From the UHGV virus genome UHGV-0205600: a stretch of DNA of 41,458 bases, one strand, 5' to 3'. The notes under the pieces were generated by a model, which was given only the letters and a program-made list of their open reading frames with translations, had not been told where the DNA came from and searched no databases. The number at the start of each line of letters is the position of its first letter. Position 1 is the stretch's first letter. This document shows, piece after piece, positions 10,782 to 19,560 of this stretch. The DNA comes from a virus. The position numbers and the translations under genes are program-made.

Positions 10782-11327
10782 CTATGCTACATGTTTAATT
10801 TTCTCTACACGTTTCCGGTTTTTAAACGCACTATCCAGAGCCGGGTAAATCATAAACAACGAGGCATTGAGGATTTCGTCAACTTCCCGTCGACAGGTTG
10901 CGAGCGATGGTTTTTGAATGCGCCCGCCGCCCCGGCATAACATCTTGCGAGGTCTTGCGACGCGATGATAGTAAGATGCAATGGCGTGCTTGGAAGAGCC
11001 GTGGGCGTAGTAGCTGAGGAGGATGCCAAAGGCTTTCTTGTCAATGTACATGACGGAATCGACGACCTGAGAAATCAACATTCCATCATCATCATTACAC
11101 ATTGGCCTTGTCATAACTCTTCCCGGCTCTACGCTCTCCATGAACTTAGCTATTACGCTGCTCATGCGCTTTTCCAGACGACCTGAATAAACCCATGCGC
11201 CCCACAGTTCAAGCCAGCCATTCAGCCACTCGTGCTGTTCTTTGGTGAGGTTTAGTTCTCTTATGCCCATGCGCCTTCTCCCTTGTGATCTGGAATGGTT
11301 TTTACTGAGAACGTCATGCGGCCTCAC
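10782..11327 (-). CDS. Q: late antiterminator Q (Q-like family)
   Basis: WGAW and CNDDDGMLI motifs typical of the QuuD/82-type Q family; sits between nin region and lysis genes; true start may be the internal MGIRE Met near 11270. Confidence 0.7.
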
Positions 11328-11925
11328 TTCTGCTGTTTCGCAGGTCTTTGAGTTTCTGCTGATACTCCGCCTTGATGGCCCTGCACTCTTCGACAGTCCA
11401 GCGATGGCGGTTATGGTTTGATTCGATTTCGTCTACTGCTTCCTGCCCGATGCGGCTAATCAGTTCGACGCGATACGGAACGAGATTTCCGCTTTTGTGC
11501 TGGTTGCACACCACGCATTGCTTGTGAATATTGCGTTCATCAAATCGGAGTTGAGGTGCCGCAGCAGTTGTCCGGTAATGTCCGGCATCCCACTGAGCAG
11601 ACGTGAGCGTTCCGCAAGAGATACATGGTAAGTCGCGGTCTCTTTCTCTGATGAAGGCGTTTACGGCTTGTTGGGCTTGTTTAATCCAGTAACTGCGGGG
11701 CTTTAAGGCGAGTTTTCTAATCTTAAGTTTATCTTTCTGTTTCTGCTCCTCTCGTCGTCGTTTCTTCTCTGCTGCTTTTTCCGCTTTTTCGCGTTCTTTA
11801 CTTCGTCGTTCGAGTGCTATCTTGGTTCCACACTCTGGAGAGCACCACCACTGATTAGCGAATGCAGGGTGAAACCATTCCCGACATTCATCGTTTTTAC
11901 ATCGTCTTCGCGCTGGTTTAGCCAT
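11314..11925 (-). CDS. ninG: NinG (Rap-like recombination endonuclease)
   Basis: About 203 aa with Cys-rich N- and central regions and a lysine/glutamate-rich repeat; position after ninF as in lambda. Confidence 0.8.
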
Positions 11926-12130
11926 CATCTTCTTCCTCGTGCATCGAGCTATTCGAATCGCTCATCAGCTCTGCACAGCAGTACTCACACACGTGAACTT
12001 CCAGCACATGCAGCTTCTGACCGCAATTAGCGCACGTTAAAGCCCGCTCGACGCTTTCTTGTTCGTAACTTCGATTTGGGTCAATCACCTTGTATTCCTC
12101 GCACGATGTCTTAGCCACCGGATATCCCAC
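11918..12130 (-). CDS. ninF: NinF-like small zinc-finger protein
   Basis: Contains [41 protein letters not shown] resembling lambda NinF; true start is probably a downstream GTG/ATG, so the listed ORF is 5'-extended. Confidence 0.5.
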
Positions 12131-12267
12131 AGGTGAGCCGTGTAGTTGAAGGTTTTTACGTCAGATTCTTTTGGGATTGGCTTGCGTTTATTTCTGGAGC
12201 GTTTCGTTGGAAGGTATTTGCAGTTTTCGCAGATGATGTCGGTGATACTTCGTCGCTGTCGTCTCAT
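12085..12267 (-). CDS. ninE: NinE
   Basis: Internal start [52 protein letters not shown] (60 aa) matches recalled lambda NinE; ORF in track is 5'-extended. Confidence 0.65.
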   Translation of the reverse strand: MRRQRRSITDIICENCKYLPTKRSRNKRKPIPKESDVKTFNYTAHLWDIRWLRHRARNTR

Positions 12268-12704
12268 GCCGCCCTGTCTCCCCATCGCGCTTTCCATTCG
12301 AGAGCCAGTCGCGCTTCGTCCGACCACTTAACGCCACGCTCTGTACCGAATGCCTGTATAAGCTCTAATAGCTCCGCAAATTCGCTTACACGCATCCTGC
12401 TGGTTGACTGGCCTATTACCACAAAGCCATTCCCGGCAAGGTTAGGAACAACATCCTGCTGCTTTAATGCTGCGGTAAACACACACTTCCAGCTTTCTGC
12501 ATCCAGCCAGCGACCATGCCATTCAACCTGACGAGAGACGTCACCAAGGCAAGCCCAAAGCTTTCGATTCTGGTCTAAGCTGCGGTTGCGTTCCTGAATG
12601 GTTACTACGATTGGTTTGGTTGGGTCTGGAAGAATTTGCTGTACCGCGTGAATAGCGTTTTGCTGATGTGCTGGAGATCGAATTTCAAAGGTTAGTTTTT
12701 TCAT
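12264..12704 (-). CDS. ninB: NinB (Orf family recombination protein)
   Basis: [50 protein letters not shown]... matches recalled lambda NinB; start at MKKL. Confidence 0.85.
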   Translation of the reverse strand: MKKLTFEIRSPAHQQNAIHAVQQILPDPTKPIVVTIQERNRSLDQNRKLWACLGDVSRQVEWHGRWLDAESWKCVFTAALKQQDVVPNLAGNGFVVIGQSTSRMRVSEFAELLELIQAFGTERGVKWSDEARLALEWKARWGDRAA

Positions 12705-12777
12705 GACTTCCCTCTCCCCCAAATAAAAAGGCCTGCGATTACCAGCAGGCCTGTTATTAGCTCAGTGATGTAGATGG

Positions 12778-13068
12778 TCATCTTTTAACTCCATATACCG
12801 CCAATACCCGTTTCATCGCGGCACTCTGGCGACACTCCTTAAAAATCAGGTTCGTGCTCATCTTTCCTTCCCGTTCTTCCCTGGTAGCAAACCGGTAATA
12901 CACCGTTCGCCAGACCTTACCTTCGATAACCAGAAGACCTGCCCGTGCCATTTTAGCCGCGGCCTGATTTATGCTGGTTACTGTTGCGCCTGTTAGCGCG
13001 GCAACGTCCGGCGCACAGAAGCTATTATGCGTCCCCAGGTAATGAATAATTGCCTCTTTGCCCGTCAT
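12778..13068 (-). CDS. ren: Ren
   Basis: 96-aa ORF matching recalled lambda Ren (MTGKEAIIHYLGTHNSFCAPDVAALTGATVTS...). Confidence 0.85.
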   Translation of the reverse strand: MTGKEAIIHYLGTHNSFCAPDVAALTGATVTSINQAAAKMARAGLLVIEGKVWRTVYYRFATREEREGKMSTNLIFKECRQSAAMKRVLAVYGVKR

Positions 13069-13766
13069 ACACTTGCTCCTTTCAGTCCGAACTTAGCTTT
13101 GATTTCTGCGATCTTCGCCAGAGCCTGTGCACGATTTAGAGGTCTACCGCCCATGACAGGAAGTTGTTTTACTGGTTCAGGGATCGCCTCACCACGGTTA
13201 ATTCTCGCAGTCATATGGACAAGCTCATCTGCGGCCTTACGGCGTAATTCCGCATCAGTAAGCGCATTGGCCCGCATGTTCTGATACAGGTTGGTAACCA
13301 GCCAGTAGTGCGCGTTTGATTTCCACGGATAAGACTCCGCATCCGGATACAGGCCTCGCTTCCGGCAATACTCGTAAACCATATCAACCAGCTCGCTGGC
13401 GTTTGGCAGCCCGGCGGTAACGGATGCTTCTTCCCGGCACCAGGCAACAAACTGCCCGGGTGATGGCAGGAATGGTCGATTCTGCCGACGGGCTACGCGC
13501 ATTCCAGCGTTAACCTGTTCCATCGTGGTGATCCCATTTTCCCGGAAAGCCAGAACCCACTGGCGGCGGATTTCGTTCAGTTCATTCTGGTCACGGTTAG
13601 CCAGGCTCGCCGGGAAAGTTGCCAGTAACTGGCTGAACACACCATTGATGATCTGCGCTACCTGTTGTACCTGCGGCTTTTCGTCGTACTGTTCCGGCAT
13701 GTTGTTGGCGATCCGGCGCATCTGCTCACGGTCAAAGTTAACCATCTGTGCGGCGATGTTTTTCAT
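13065..13766 (-). CDS. P: replication protein P (helicase loader)
   Basis: 233-aa ORF matching recalled lambda P in length and sequence; follows O with a 4-nt overlap. Confidence 0.9.
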   Translation of the reverse strand: MKNIAAQMVNFDREQMRRIANNMPEQYDEKPQVQQVAQIINGVFSQLLATFPASLANRDQNELNEIRRQWVLAFRENGITTMEQVNAGMRVARRQNRPFLPSPGQFVAWCREEASVTAGLPNASELVDMVYEYCRKRGLYPDAESYPWKSNAHYWLVTNLYQNMRANALTDAELRRKAADELVHMTARINRGEAIPEPVKQLPVMGGRPLNRAQALAKIAEIKAKFGLKGASV

Positions 13767-14662
13767 AAATCCACCCCGTAAATCCAGTCAGTGTTTGTCA
13801 GGTCGAGTTTTGGTTTGCTGGCTGTCACGCCTGCCTGTTGCTTGTTACGGTTGATTTCGAGCTGGGTCCACTTGTCGCGGAGTTTGGCCGGACTCAGCAC
13901 GTTACCGGACCAGAAGTTGTCCTGGCAGGCCCAGCGGAAAAGCACACACATATCGCGGTGGTTACGTCCGTCACGTTCACGCATCAGGCGGATATCGTTA
14001 GCCCACCCAGCAAAATTCGGTTTTCTGGCTGATGGCGCGATGGTCTTCACCATGTCAAACATCCACTCTGCGGCGGTCAGGTCTTCTGCTGTTCCCCACT
14101 TGCTGCCGCTCTGAATTGCAGCATCCGGTTTAACCACAGAAAGATCGTTTTCTGGCTGGTCAGAGGATTCGCCAGAATTCTCGGACGAATAATCTTTTCT
14201 TTTTTCTTTTGTAATAGTGTCTTTTGTGTCTCCCTGTTTTGAGGGATAGCAATCCCCCAATTTGAGGGATGTTTTATCCCTCGTTTTAGGGGATTTTCCC
14301 TCGTTTTGAGGGATACACCATTCTGAGATGTTTTTATTTGGTCCAAACATGCCGCCTTGCTGCTTGATAATATTCATTCTGACGAGTTCTAACTTGGCTT
14401 CATTGCACCGTTTGACAGGTAACTTTGTAATCTCGCTAAGTTGAGAATCGGTGATTCTGTCCATTGGTTTATTCCACCCATAGGTTTTACGCAGAATGGC
14501 AAGCAGCACTTTAAACTGTCGCTTGGTCAGATCTGCGCCCGAATAAGCCTCAAGCAGCATATTTGATAGTCTGGCGTAACCATCATCGAGATCTGCCACA
14601 TTACGCTCCTGTCCGGCAAAGTTACCTCTGCCGAAGTTGAGTATTTTTGCTGTATTTGTCAT
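13763..14662 (-). CDS. O: replication initiator O
   Basis: 299-aa ORF matching recalled lambda O; contains the origin iterons within its coding sequence. Confidence 0.9.
   Translation of the reverse strand: MTNTAKILNFGRGNFAGQERNVADLDDGYARLSNMLLEAYSGADLTKRQFKVLLAILRKTYGWNKPMDRITDSQLSEITKLPVKRCNEAKLELVRMNIIKQQGGMFGPNKNISEWCIPQNEGKSPKTRDKTSLKLGDCYPSKQGDTKDTITKEKRKDYSSENSGESSDQPENDLSVVKPDAAIQSGSKWGTAEDLTAAEWMFDMVKTIAPSARKPNFAGWANDIRLMRERDGRNHRDMCVLFRWACQDNFWSGNVLSPAKLRDKWTQLEINRNKQQAGVTASKPKLDLTNTDWIYGVDL
14229..14320. repeat. ori-lambda-type replication origin: four iterons plus adjacent AT-rich segment
   Basis: Four tandem copies of a ~19-bp unit (tccctgttttgagggata / tcccccaatttgagggatg / tccctcgttttaggggat / tccctcgttttgagggata) inside O, followed by an AT-rich stretch. 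Confidence 0.8.
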
Positions 14663-14694
14663 AATGACTCCTGTTGATAGATCCAGTAATGACC

Positions 14695-14988
14695 TCAGAA
14701 CTCCATCTGGATTTGTTCAGAACGCTCGGTTGCCGCCGGGCGTTTTTTATTGGTGAGAATCGCAGCAACTTGTCGCGCCAATCGAGCCATGTCGTCGTCA
14801 ACGACCCCCCATTCAAGAACAGCAAGCAGCATTGAGAACTTTGGAATCCAGTCTCTCTTCCACCTGCTGATCTGCGACTTATCAACTCCCACAGCTTCCG
14901 CTGTCTTCTCAGTTCCAAGCATTGCGATTTTGTTAAGCAACGCACTCTCGATTCGTAGAGCCTCGTTGCGTTTGTTTGCACGAACCAT
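14695..14988 (-). CDS. cII: transcriptional activator cII
   Basis: Internal start MVRANKRNEALRIESALLNKIAMLGTEKTAEAVGVDKSQISRWKRDWIPKFSMLLAVLEWGVVDDDMARLARQVAAILTNKKRPAATERSEQIQMEF matches recalled lambda CII (97 aa). Confidence 0.9.
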   Translation of the reverse strand: MVRANKRNEALRIESALLNKIAMLGTEKTAEAVGVDKSQISRWKRDWIPKFSMLLAVLEWGVVDDDMARLARQVAAILTNKKRPAATERSEQIQMEF

Positions 14989-15107
14989 ATGTAAGTATTT
15001 CCTTAGATAACAATTGATTGAATGTATGCAAATAAATGCATACACCATAGGTGTGGTTTAATTTGATGCCCTTTTTCAGGGCTGGAATGTGTAAGAGCGG
15101 GAATGTC

Positions 15108-15323
15108 TTAAGCGGCTTTGTGTTCCGGAGGGAACACGTCATCAAGACTGACTTTTGCGCCTAACTTGTTTAGGCATGCAACAAGAGCGCGGCATGTTTT
15201 AAGGTCTGGGAAGCGACGACCAGATTCCCAATGCCCAATAGCTCCCTGTGTGCATCCAACCGCCTTAGCAAGTGTTGTTTGAGAGATATTCAGTGACTCT
15301 CGATATTTTCGTAGGTTGCTCAT
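15108..15323 (-). CDS. cro: Cro-like repressor (non-lambda immunity type)
   Basis: 71-aa HTH protein (MSNLRKYRESLNISQTTLAKAVGCTQGAIGHWESGRR...) divergent from cI and upstream of cII; sequence differs from recalled lambda Cro. Confidence 0.7.
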   Translation of the reverse strand: MSNLRKYRESLNISQTTLAKAVGCTQGAIGHWESGRRFPDLKTCRALVACLNKLGAKVSLDDVFPPEHKAA

Positions 15324-15434
15324 ATGCCCTCCATAGTAACCATGAGACAATAATACGATATGTACTTTTGGAATGCAAACAAAAAATACATCTTGTGCAT
15401 GGATGGTTTTAGTACAGAGCGTAATAATAAGGAT
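15324..15434. promoter_or_regulatory. OR/PR/PRM-type divergent control region between cro and cI
   Basis: 111-bp AT-rich spacer between divergent cro and cI starts; operators not individually resolved. Confidence 0.5.
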
Positions 15435-16094
15435 ATGAAAATGAAATGGTATGAACTGGCTAGATCCAGAATGAAAGAGCTCGGCATAACTCAAGAGAAG
15501 TTGGCTGAAGAGCTTGGTATGACGCAGGGTGGAATTGGTCACTGGTTGCGCGGATCTCGTCATCCATCTCTTGACGAGATTGGTGTGGTGTTTAAATACC
15601 TTGGTATTGATAACGTCTCATTCAACCACGACGGTACATTTTCACCTGTTGGCGAATACTCATCTGCCCCCGTTAAAAAACAATATGAGTACCCTGTTTT
15701 TTCTCATGTTCAGGCCGGGATGTTCTCGCCTGAGCTTAGAACCTTTACCAAAGGTGATGCGGAGAGATGGGTCAGCACAACCAAAAAAGCCAGTGATTGT
15801 GCGTTTTGGCTTGAAGTTGAAGGTAATTCCATGACCGCACCAACAGGATCCAAGCCAAGCTTTCCTGACGGGATGTTAATTCTCGTTGACCCTGAGCAGG
15901 CTGTTGAGCCAGGTGATTTCTGCATAGCCAGACTTGGTGGTGACGAGTTTACCTTCAAGAAACTGATCAGGGATAGCGGTCAGGTGTTCCTACAACCACT
16001 AAACCCGCAATATCCAATGATCCCATGCAATGATAGCTGTTCCGTTGTAGGGAAAGTTATCGCCAGCCAGTGGCCAGAAGAGACGTTTGGGTGA
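15435..16094 (+). CDS. cI: CI-type prophage repressor (HTH plus S24 LexA-like autopeptidase domain)
   Basis: N-terminal HTH ([23 protein letters not shown]) and C-terminal S24 signature GNSMTAP with downstream FTFKKL lysine; start taken at MKMKWYEL. Confidence 0.8.
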   Translation: MKMKWYELARSRMKELGITQEKLAEELGMTQGGIGHWLRGSRHPSLDEIGVVFKYLGIDNVSFNHDGTFSPVGEYSSAPVKKQYEYPVFSHVQAGMFSPELRTFTKGDAERWVSTTKKASDCAFWLEVEGNSMTAPTGSKPSFPDGMLILVDPEQAVEPGDFCIARLGGDEFTFKKLIRDSGQVFLQPLNPQYPMIPCNDSCSVVGKVIASQWPEETFG

Positions 16095-16119
16095 TAGGAA
16101 TGGATGTTAAGGATTAAGA

Positions 16120-17166
16120 ATGTCAGCGATTGATCAACCTGCGCAATATGTTATCAAGTCAGAAGACGACTTTGTATCTTTTGTAACAGAAATGCTCGGA
16201 AGGAAGGATATCGACTCAAGCGACTTCACATTCCCTAACGTAGTTTTCAGTGGATGGCCAAAGATCAATATTAATGTAAAAGGCGATCCAAATAGATATA
16301 ATTCTTCATTGACTGCGTCAATGCTTTTTGGTATGGCAGAGCTTACGCATGAAATACAAAAAGCATTTACGGTAGTCAGTCACAGCACTCATAATCGGCA
16401 GAAGCTAAAAGATGCAGAGAAAGGTTTGCTGGATATTGTCTACCGAATAAGCGAAGGCTCAAGCCAAGCGGATGGTGACTCAGATCCGATTGTAAACGGA
16501 GTGGTGACAGTGTTTACTCAAGCGATAGGCAAAATGACAGGAAGGCAAGCACTATGCGCCGTCGCCGCTATCGTCTTAGCTGCCAGCACGGTAGGCTATA
16601 AGTGGATCAATGAGTACTACGAAACACAGCGACATGACCAAGATTCTCAGGTGCAATTGGTGGAAAAAAGCACCAAAGCGGTAAACGAAGCACAAGACAA
16701 TGTGCTCAAGTTGTTGATTAGCGGTCAAACAAACATTAGCAGAGAGGTTCTGGCTCACGGCGAGGATGGTAAAAGCAAGTTGCTTAAAAAGCTTGCTCAA
16801 GACTCGTCAGTTGAGAGGGTAACAATTGGTCAGAGAGTGGTAAATAGAGAACAGTTGAATACCTTAAACCAAAGACAATCAATTGATCGAAAAAAGGAAA
16901 CTAGAAGAGATAACTTTTATGTCACGGGCGTTCGTCGCTCGGGAGAAACAAATCAGGACATAAATATTGACGTCATAAGGGTTTCAAATGGTGAATCTTT
17001 CACCATAAAAACCTCAGCCGACATAACATCTACTGATGAGCTTCTTGAGTTTTTGAATGCTGTAGCCAAAGAATCAACTGTTGAAATTTCATACCTAGAG
17101 GTTGTAGAAAATGGGCACATTTCAACAGGGCAATTGATAAATATATTCCCCAGCGAACCAGAGTGA
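16120..17166 (+). CDS. hypothetical 348-aa protein in the rexAB slot, co-transcribed with cI
   Basis: Starts 25 nt after cI stop with an AGGA-type RBS; predicted central hydrophobic helix (ALCAVAAIVLAASTVGYKWI); followed by a rho-independent terminator then PL/nutL/N; does not resemble recalled lambda RexA or RexB. Confidence 0.7.
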   Translation: MSAIDQPAQYVIKSEDDFVSFVTEMLGRKDIDSSDFTFPNVVFSGWPKININVKGDPNRYNSSLTASMLFGMAELTHEIQKAFTVVSHSTHNRQKLKDAEKGLLDIVYRISEGSSQADGDSDPIVNGVVTVFTQAIGKMTGRQALCAVAAIVLAASTVGYKWINEYYETQRHDQDSQVQLVEKSTKAVNEAQDNVLKLLISGQTNISREVLAHGEDGKSKLLKKLAQDSSVERVTIGQRVVNREQLNTLNQRQSIDRKKETRRDNFYVTGVRRSGETNQDINIDVIRVSNGESFTIKTSADITSTDELLEFLNAVAKESTVEISYLEVVENGHISTGQLINIFPSEPE

Positions 17167-17175
17167 TGCACTCCA

Positions 17176-17207
17176 AACCCGGCCTCAGCGCCGGGTTTTC
17201 TTTTTCC
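17176..17207 (+). terminator. rho-independent terminator ending the cI operon (tImm-like)
   Basis: Stem aacccggc / gccgggtt with 6-nt loop followed by a T-run (ttttcttttt). Confidence 0.7.
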
Positions 17208-17270
17208 AAAATATAAACCCATTAAATACAAAGCGTTATAAAAAACTAATTATATTTAGAACATTTTGTA

Positions 17271-17299
17271 TTGACTCGATAAAGTACAAATCGTACTAT
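17271..17299 (+). promoter_or_regulatory. putative PL promoter
   Basis: -35 ttgact, 17-nt spacer, -10 tactat upstream of nutL and N; flanking repeated TACAAA/TTTGTA motifs may be operator half-sites. Confidence 0.5.
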
Positions 17300-17340
17300 T
17301 TAGCCATCAGCAGGACGCACTGACCACCATTGAAGGTGAG

Positions 17341-17370
17341 GCTCTTAAAAATTTAGCCCTGAAGAAGGGC
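17341..17370 (+). promoter_or_regulatory. nutL (boxA plus boxB hairpin)
   Basis: boxA-like gctcttaaa followed by boxB gccctgaagaagggc, matching the recalled lambda nut boxB hairpin. Confidence 0.75.
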
Positions 17371-17480
17371 AGCATTCAAAGCAGAAGGCTTTGAGTAGCG
17401 CGAAATGCAGCTGCAAGACAGCAACCGTGGAGATAAGCATCACGGCGCGTTACTCAAAGCTAACTGACAGGAGAATCCAG

Positions 17481-17813
17481 ATGGATGCACAAGCACGCCG
17501 CCGCGAACGTCGCGCAGAGAAACAGGCTCAATGGAAAGCAGCAAATCCCCTGTTGGTTGGGGTAAGCGCAAAACCAGTTAACCGCCCTATTCTCTCGCTG
17601 AATCGCAAACCGAAATCACGAGTAGAAAGCGCACTGAATCCGATAGACCTTACGGTGCTGGCTGAATACCACGAACAGATTGAAAGCAACCTGCAACGTA
17701 TTGAGCGCAAGAATCAGCGCACATGGTACAGCAAGCCACGCTGTGAAATGGGTGTGACTTGCTCAGGCCGCCAGAAGCAACGCGGAAAATCAATTCCAGC
17801 TTATTACGATTGA
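17481..17813 (+). CDS. N: antiterminator N
   Basis: MDAQARRRERRAEKQAQWKAANPLLVGVSAKPVNRPILSLNRKPKSRVESALNPIDLTVLAEYH... matches recalled lambda N, including the arginine-rich motif. Confidence 0.9.
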   Translation: MDAQARRRERRAEKQAQWKAANPLLVGVSAKPVNRPILSLNRKPKSRVESALNPIDLTVLAEYHEQIESNLQRIERKNQRTWYSKPRCEMGVTCSGRQKQRGKSIPAYYD

Positions 17814-17821
17814 GGTGAGCC

Positions 17822-17959
17822 ATGCTCAAGAAAGTCAAACGCCGACTTTACAAAGAAGGTAGATATTCATGCCAGTTGCCAAAATGCGACACAACAAAAT
17901 GGAGTGTCGATGATTGGTGTAACTGGATAGATAGATACGGAACTTGGTGGGATAAATAA
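17822..17959 (+). CDS. small Cys-rich hypothetical protein (45 aa)
   Basis: Hand-translated: MLKKVKRRLYKEGRYSCQLPKCDTTKWSVDDWCNWIDRYGTWWDK; strong SD (gaggtg) 5 nt upstream of the ATG. Confidence 0.35.
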   Translation: MLKKVKRRLYKEGRYSCQLPKCDTTKWSVDDWCNWIDRYGTWWDK

Positions 17960-18013
17960 CAGGTAACTTAAGCGTATTTACTTTCGCAGCAAACAACTTA
18001 TTTGAGGTGATAT

Positions 18014-18100
18014 ATGGAAGAAGAATTTGAAGAGTTCGAAGAGCATCCTCAGGATGTGATGGAACAATACCAGGACTATCCGTATGACTACGACTATTGA
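18014..18100 (+). CDS. small acidic peptide (28 aa)
   Basis: Hand-translated: MEEEFEEFEEHPQDVMEQYQDYPYDYDY; strong SD (gaggtg); overlaps the ral start. Confidence 0.3.
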   Translation: MEEEFEEFEEHPQDVMEQYQDYPYDYDY

Positions 18101-18263
18101 TAAAAATCAATGGTGTGGACAATTCAAGCGATGCAATGGATGCAAGCTGCAATCGGAATGCATGGTTAAGCCTGAAGAAATGTTTCCTGTAATGGAAGAT
18201 GGGAAATATGTCGATAAATGGGCAATACGAACGACGGCAATGATTGCCAGAGAACTTGGTTAA
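18084..18263 (+). CDS. ral: Ral restriction-alleviation protein
   Basis: Hand-translated 59-aa ORF MTTTIDKNQWCGQFKRCNGCKLQSECMVKPEEMFPVMEDGKYVDKWAIRTTAMIARELG matches recalled lambda Ral. Confidence 0.8.
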   Translation: MTTTIDKNQWCGQFKRCNGCKLQSECMVKPEEMFPVMEDGKYVDKWAIRTTAMIARELG

Positions 18264-18418
18264 CAGAACAACAAAGCTGCCTGATAGTGGCCTTTATTTT
18301 TGGCATAAATAACAGAATAAACACTGCACTGTGTATTCATTCCAACGAGTGAATACACGGAGCAATGTCGCTCGTAACTAAACAGGAGCCGACTTGTTCT
18401 GATTATTGGAAATCTTCT

Positions 18419-18447
18419 TCGCCCTCCAGTGTGAGGGCGATTTTTTA
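18419..18447 (+). terminator. rho-independent terminator (tL-type) upstream of the 122-aa ORF
   Basis: Stem tcgccctc / gagggcga with 6-nt loop followed by tttttt. Confidence 0.65.
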
Positions 18448-18466
18448 TCTATGAGGATATGAATAG

Positions 18467-18835
18467 ATGTCAAACATCAAAAAATACATCATTGATTACG
18501 ACTGGAAAGCATCAATAGAAATTGAAATCGACCATGACGTAATGACAGAGGAAAAACTTCACCAGATTAATAATTTCTGGTCAGACTCTGAATACCGACT
18601 CAATAAACACGGCTCTGTATTAAATGCTGTATTAATCATGCTGGCGCAACATGCTCTGCTTATAGCAATTTCAAGCGACTTAAATGCATATGGTGTTGTG
18701 TGTGAGTTCGACTGGAATGATGGAAATGGTCAGGAAGGATGGCCTCCAATGGATGGTAGCGAAGGAATAAGAATTACCGATATCGATACATCAGGAATAT
18801 TTGATTCAGATGATATGACTATCAAAGCCGCTTGA
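18467..18835 (+). CDS. hypothetical 122-aa acidic protein in the sieB slot
   Basis: ORF with RBS (gagga) 8 nt upstream; between ral and cIII; acidic C-terminus (DIDTSGIFDSDDMTIKAA); no recognised motif. Confidence 0.6.
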   Translation: MSNIKKYIIDYDWKASIEIEIDHDVMTEEKLHQINNFWSDSEYRLNKHGSVLNAVLIMLAQHALLIAISSDLNAYGVVCEFDWNDGNGQEGWPPMDGSEGIRITDIDTSGIFDSDDMTIKAA

Positions 18836-18907
18836 GCGCGGCGTTACCGCATACCAATAACGCTTCACTCGAGGCGTTTTTCGTTATGTATAAATAAGGA
18901 GCACACC

Positions 18908-19072
18908 ATGCAATATGCCATTGCAGGGTGGCCTGTTGCTGGCTGCCCTTCCGAATCTTTACTTGAACGAATCACCCGTAAATTACGTGACGGATGGAAA
19001 CGCCTTATCGACATACTTAATCAGCCAGGAGTCCCAAAAAATGGATCAAACACTTATGGCTATCCAGACTAA
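18908..19072 (+). CDS. cIII: CIII (FtsH inhibitor)
   Basis: Hand-translated 54-aa [57 protein letters not shown] matches recalled lambda CIII. Confidence 0.85.
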   Translation: MQYAIAGWPVAGCPSESLLERITRKLRDGWKRLIDILNQPGVPKNGSNTYGYPD

Positions 19073-19184
19073 ATTCACTATCGCCACTTTTATTGGCGAT
19101 GAAAAGATGTTTCGTGAGGCCGTCGACGCTTATAAAAAATGGATATTAATACTGAAACTGAGATCAAGCAAAAGCATTCACTAA
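19041..19184 (+). CDS. kil: Kil (host cell-division inhibitor)
   Basis: Internal start [47 protein letters not shown] (47 aa) matches recalled lambda Kil; overlaps the cIII end and gam start. Confidence 0.8.
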   Translation: MDQTLMAIQTKFTIATFIGDEKMFREAVDAYKKWILILKLRSSKSIH

Positions 19185-19555
19185 CCCCCTTTCCTGTTTT
19201 CCTAATCAGCCCGGCATTTCGCGGGCGATATTTTCACAGCTATTTCAGGAGTTCAGCCATGAACGCTTATTACATTCAGGATCGTCTTGAGGCTCAGAGC
19301 TGGACGCGTCACTACCAGCAGATCGCCCGTGAAGAGAAAGAGGCAGAACTGGCAGACGACATGGAAAAAGGCCTGCCCCAGCACCTGTTTGAATCGCTAT
19401 GCATCGATCATTTGCAACGCCACGGGGCCAGCAAAAAAGCCATTACCCGTGCGTTTGATGACGATGTTGAGTTTCAGGAGCGCATGGCAGAACACATCCG
19501 GTACATGGTTGAAACCATTGCTCACCACCAGGTTGATATTGATTCAGAGGTATAA
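19139..19555 (+). CDS. gam: Gam (RecBCD inhibitor)
   Basis: 138-aa ORF matching recalled lambda Gam, including the internal MNAYYIQ start of the short form. Confidence 0.9.
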   Translation: MDINTETEIKQKHSLTPFPVFLISPAFRGRYFHSYFRSSAMNAYYIQDRLEAQSWTRHYQQIAREEKEAELADDMEKGLPQHLFESLCIDHLQRHGASKKAITRAFDDDVEFQERMAEHIRYMVETIAHHQVDIDSEV

Positions 19556-19560
19556 AACGG

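Noticed and set aside
14077-14346. Minus-strand 89-aa ORF overlapping the ori iterons
   Set aside because: Alternate frame within the O gene; its repetitive translation is a by-product of the iteron repeats.
16120-17166. Identity of the 348-aa ORF with lambda RexA/RexB
   Set aside because: The rest of the early region matches lambda, so RexAB was expected here; the translation shows no resemblance to either protein as recalled, and there is one gene rather than two.
17835-18152. Minus-strand 105-aa ORF between N and ral
   Set aside because: Antisense to ral and to two small plus-strand ORFs with strong RBSs; no start context; Leu/Ile-rich as expected for antisense AT-rich DNA.
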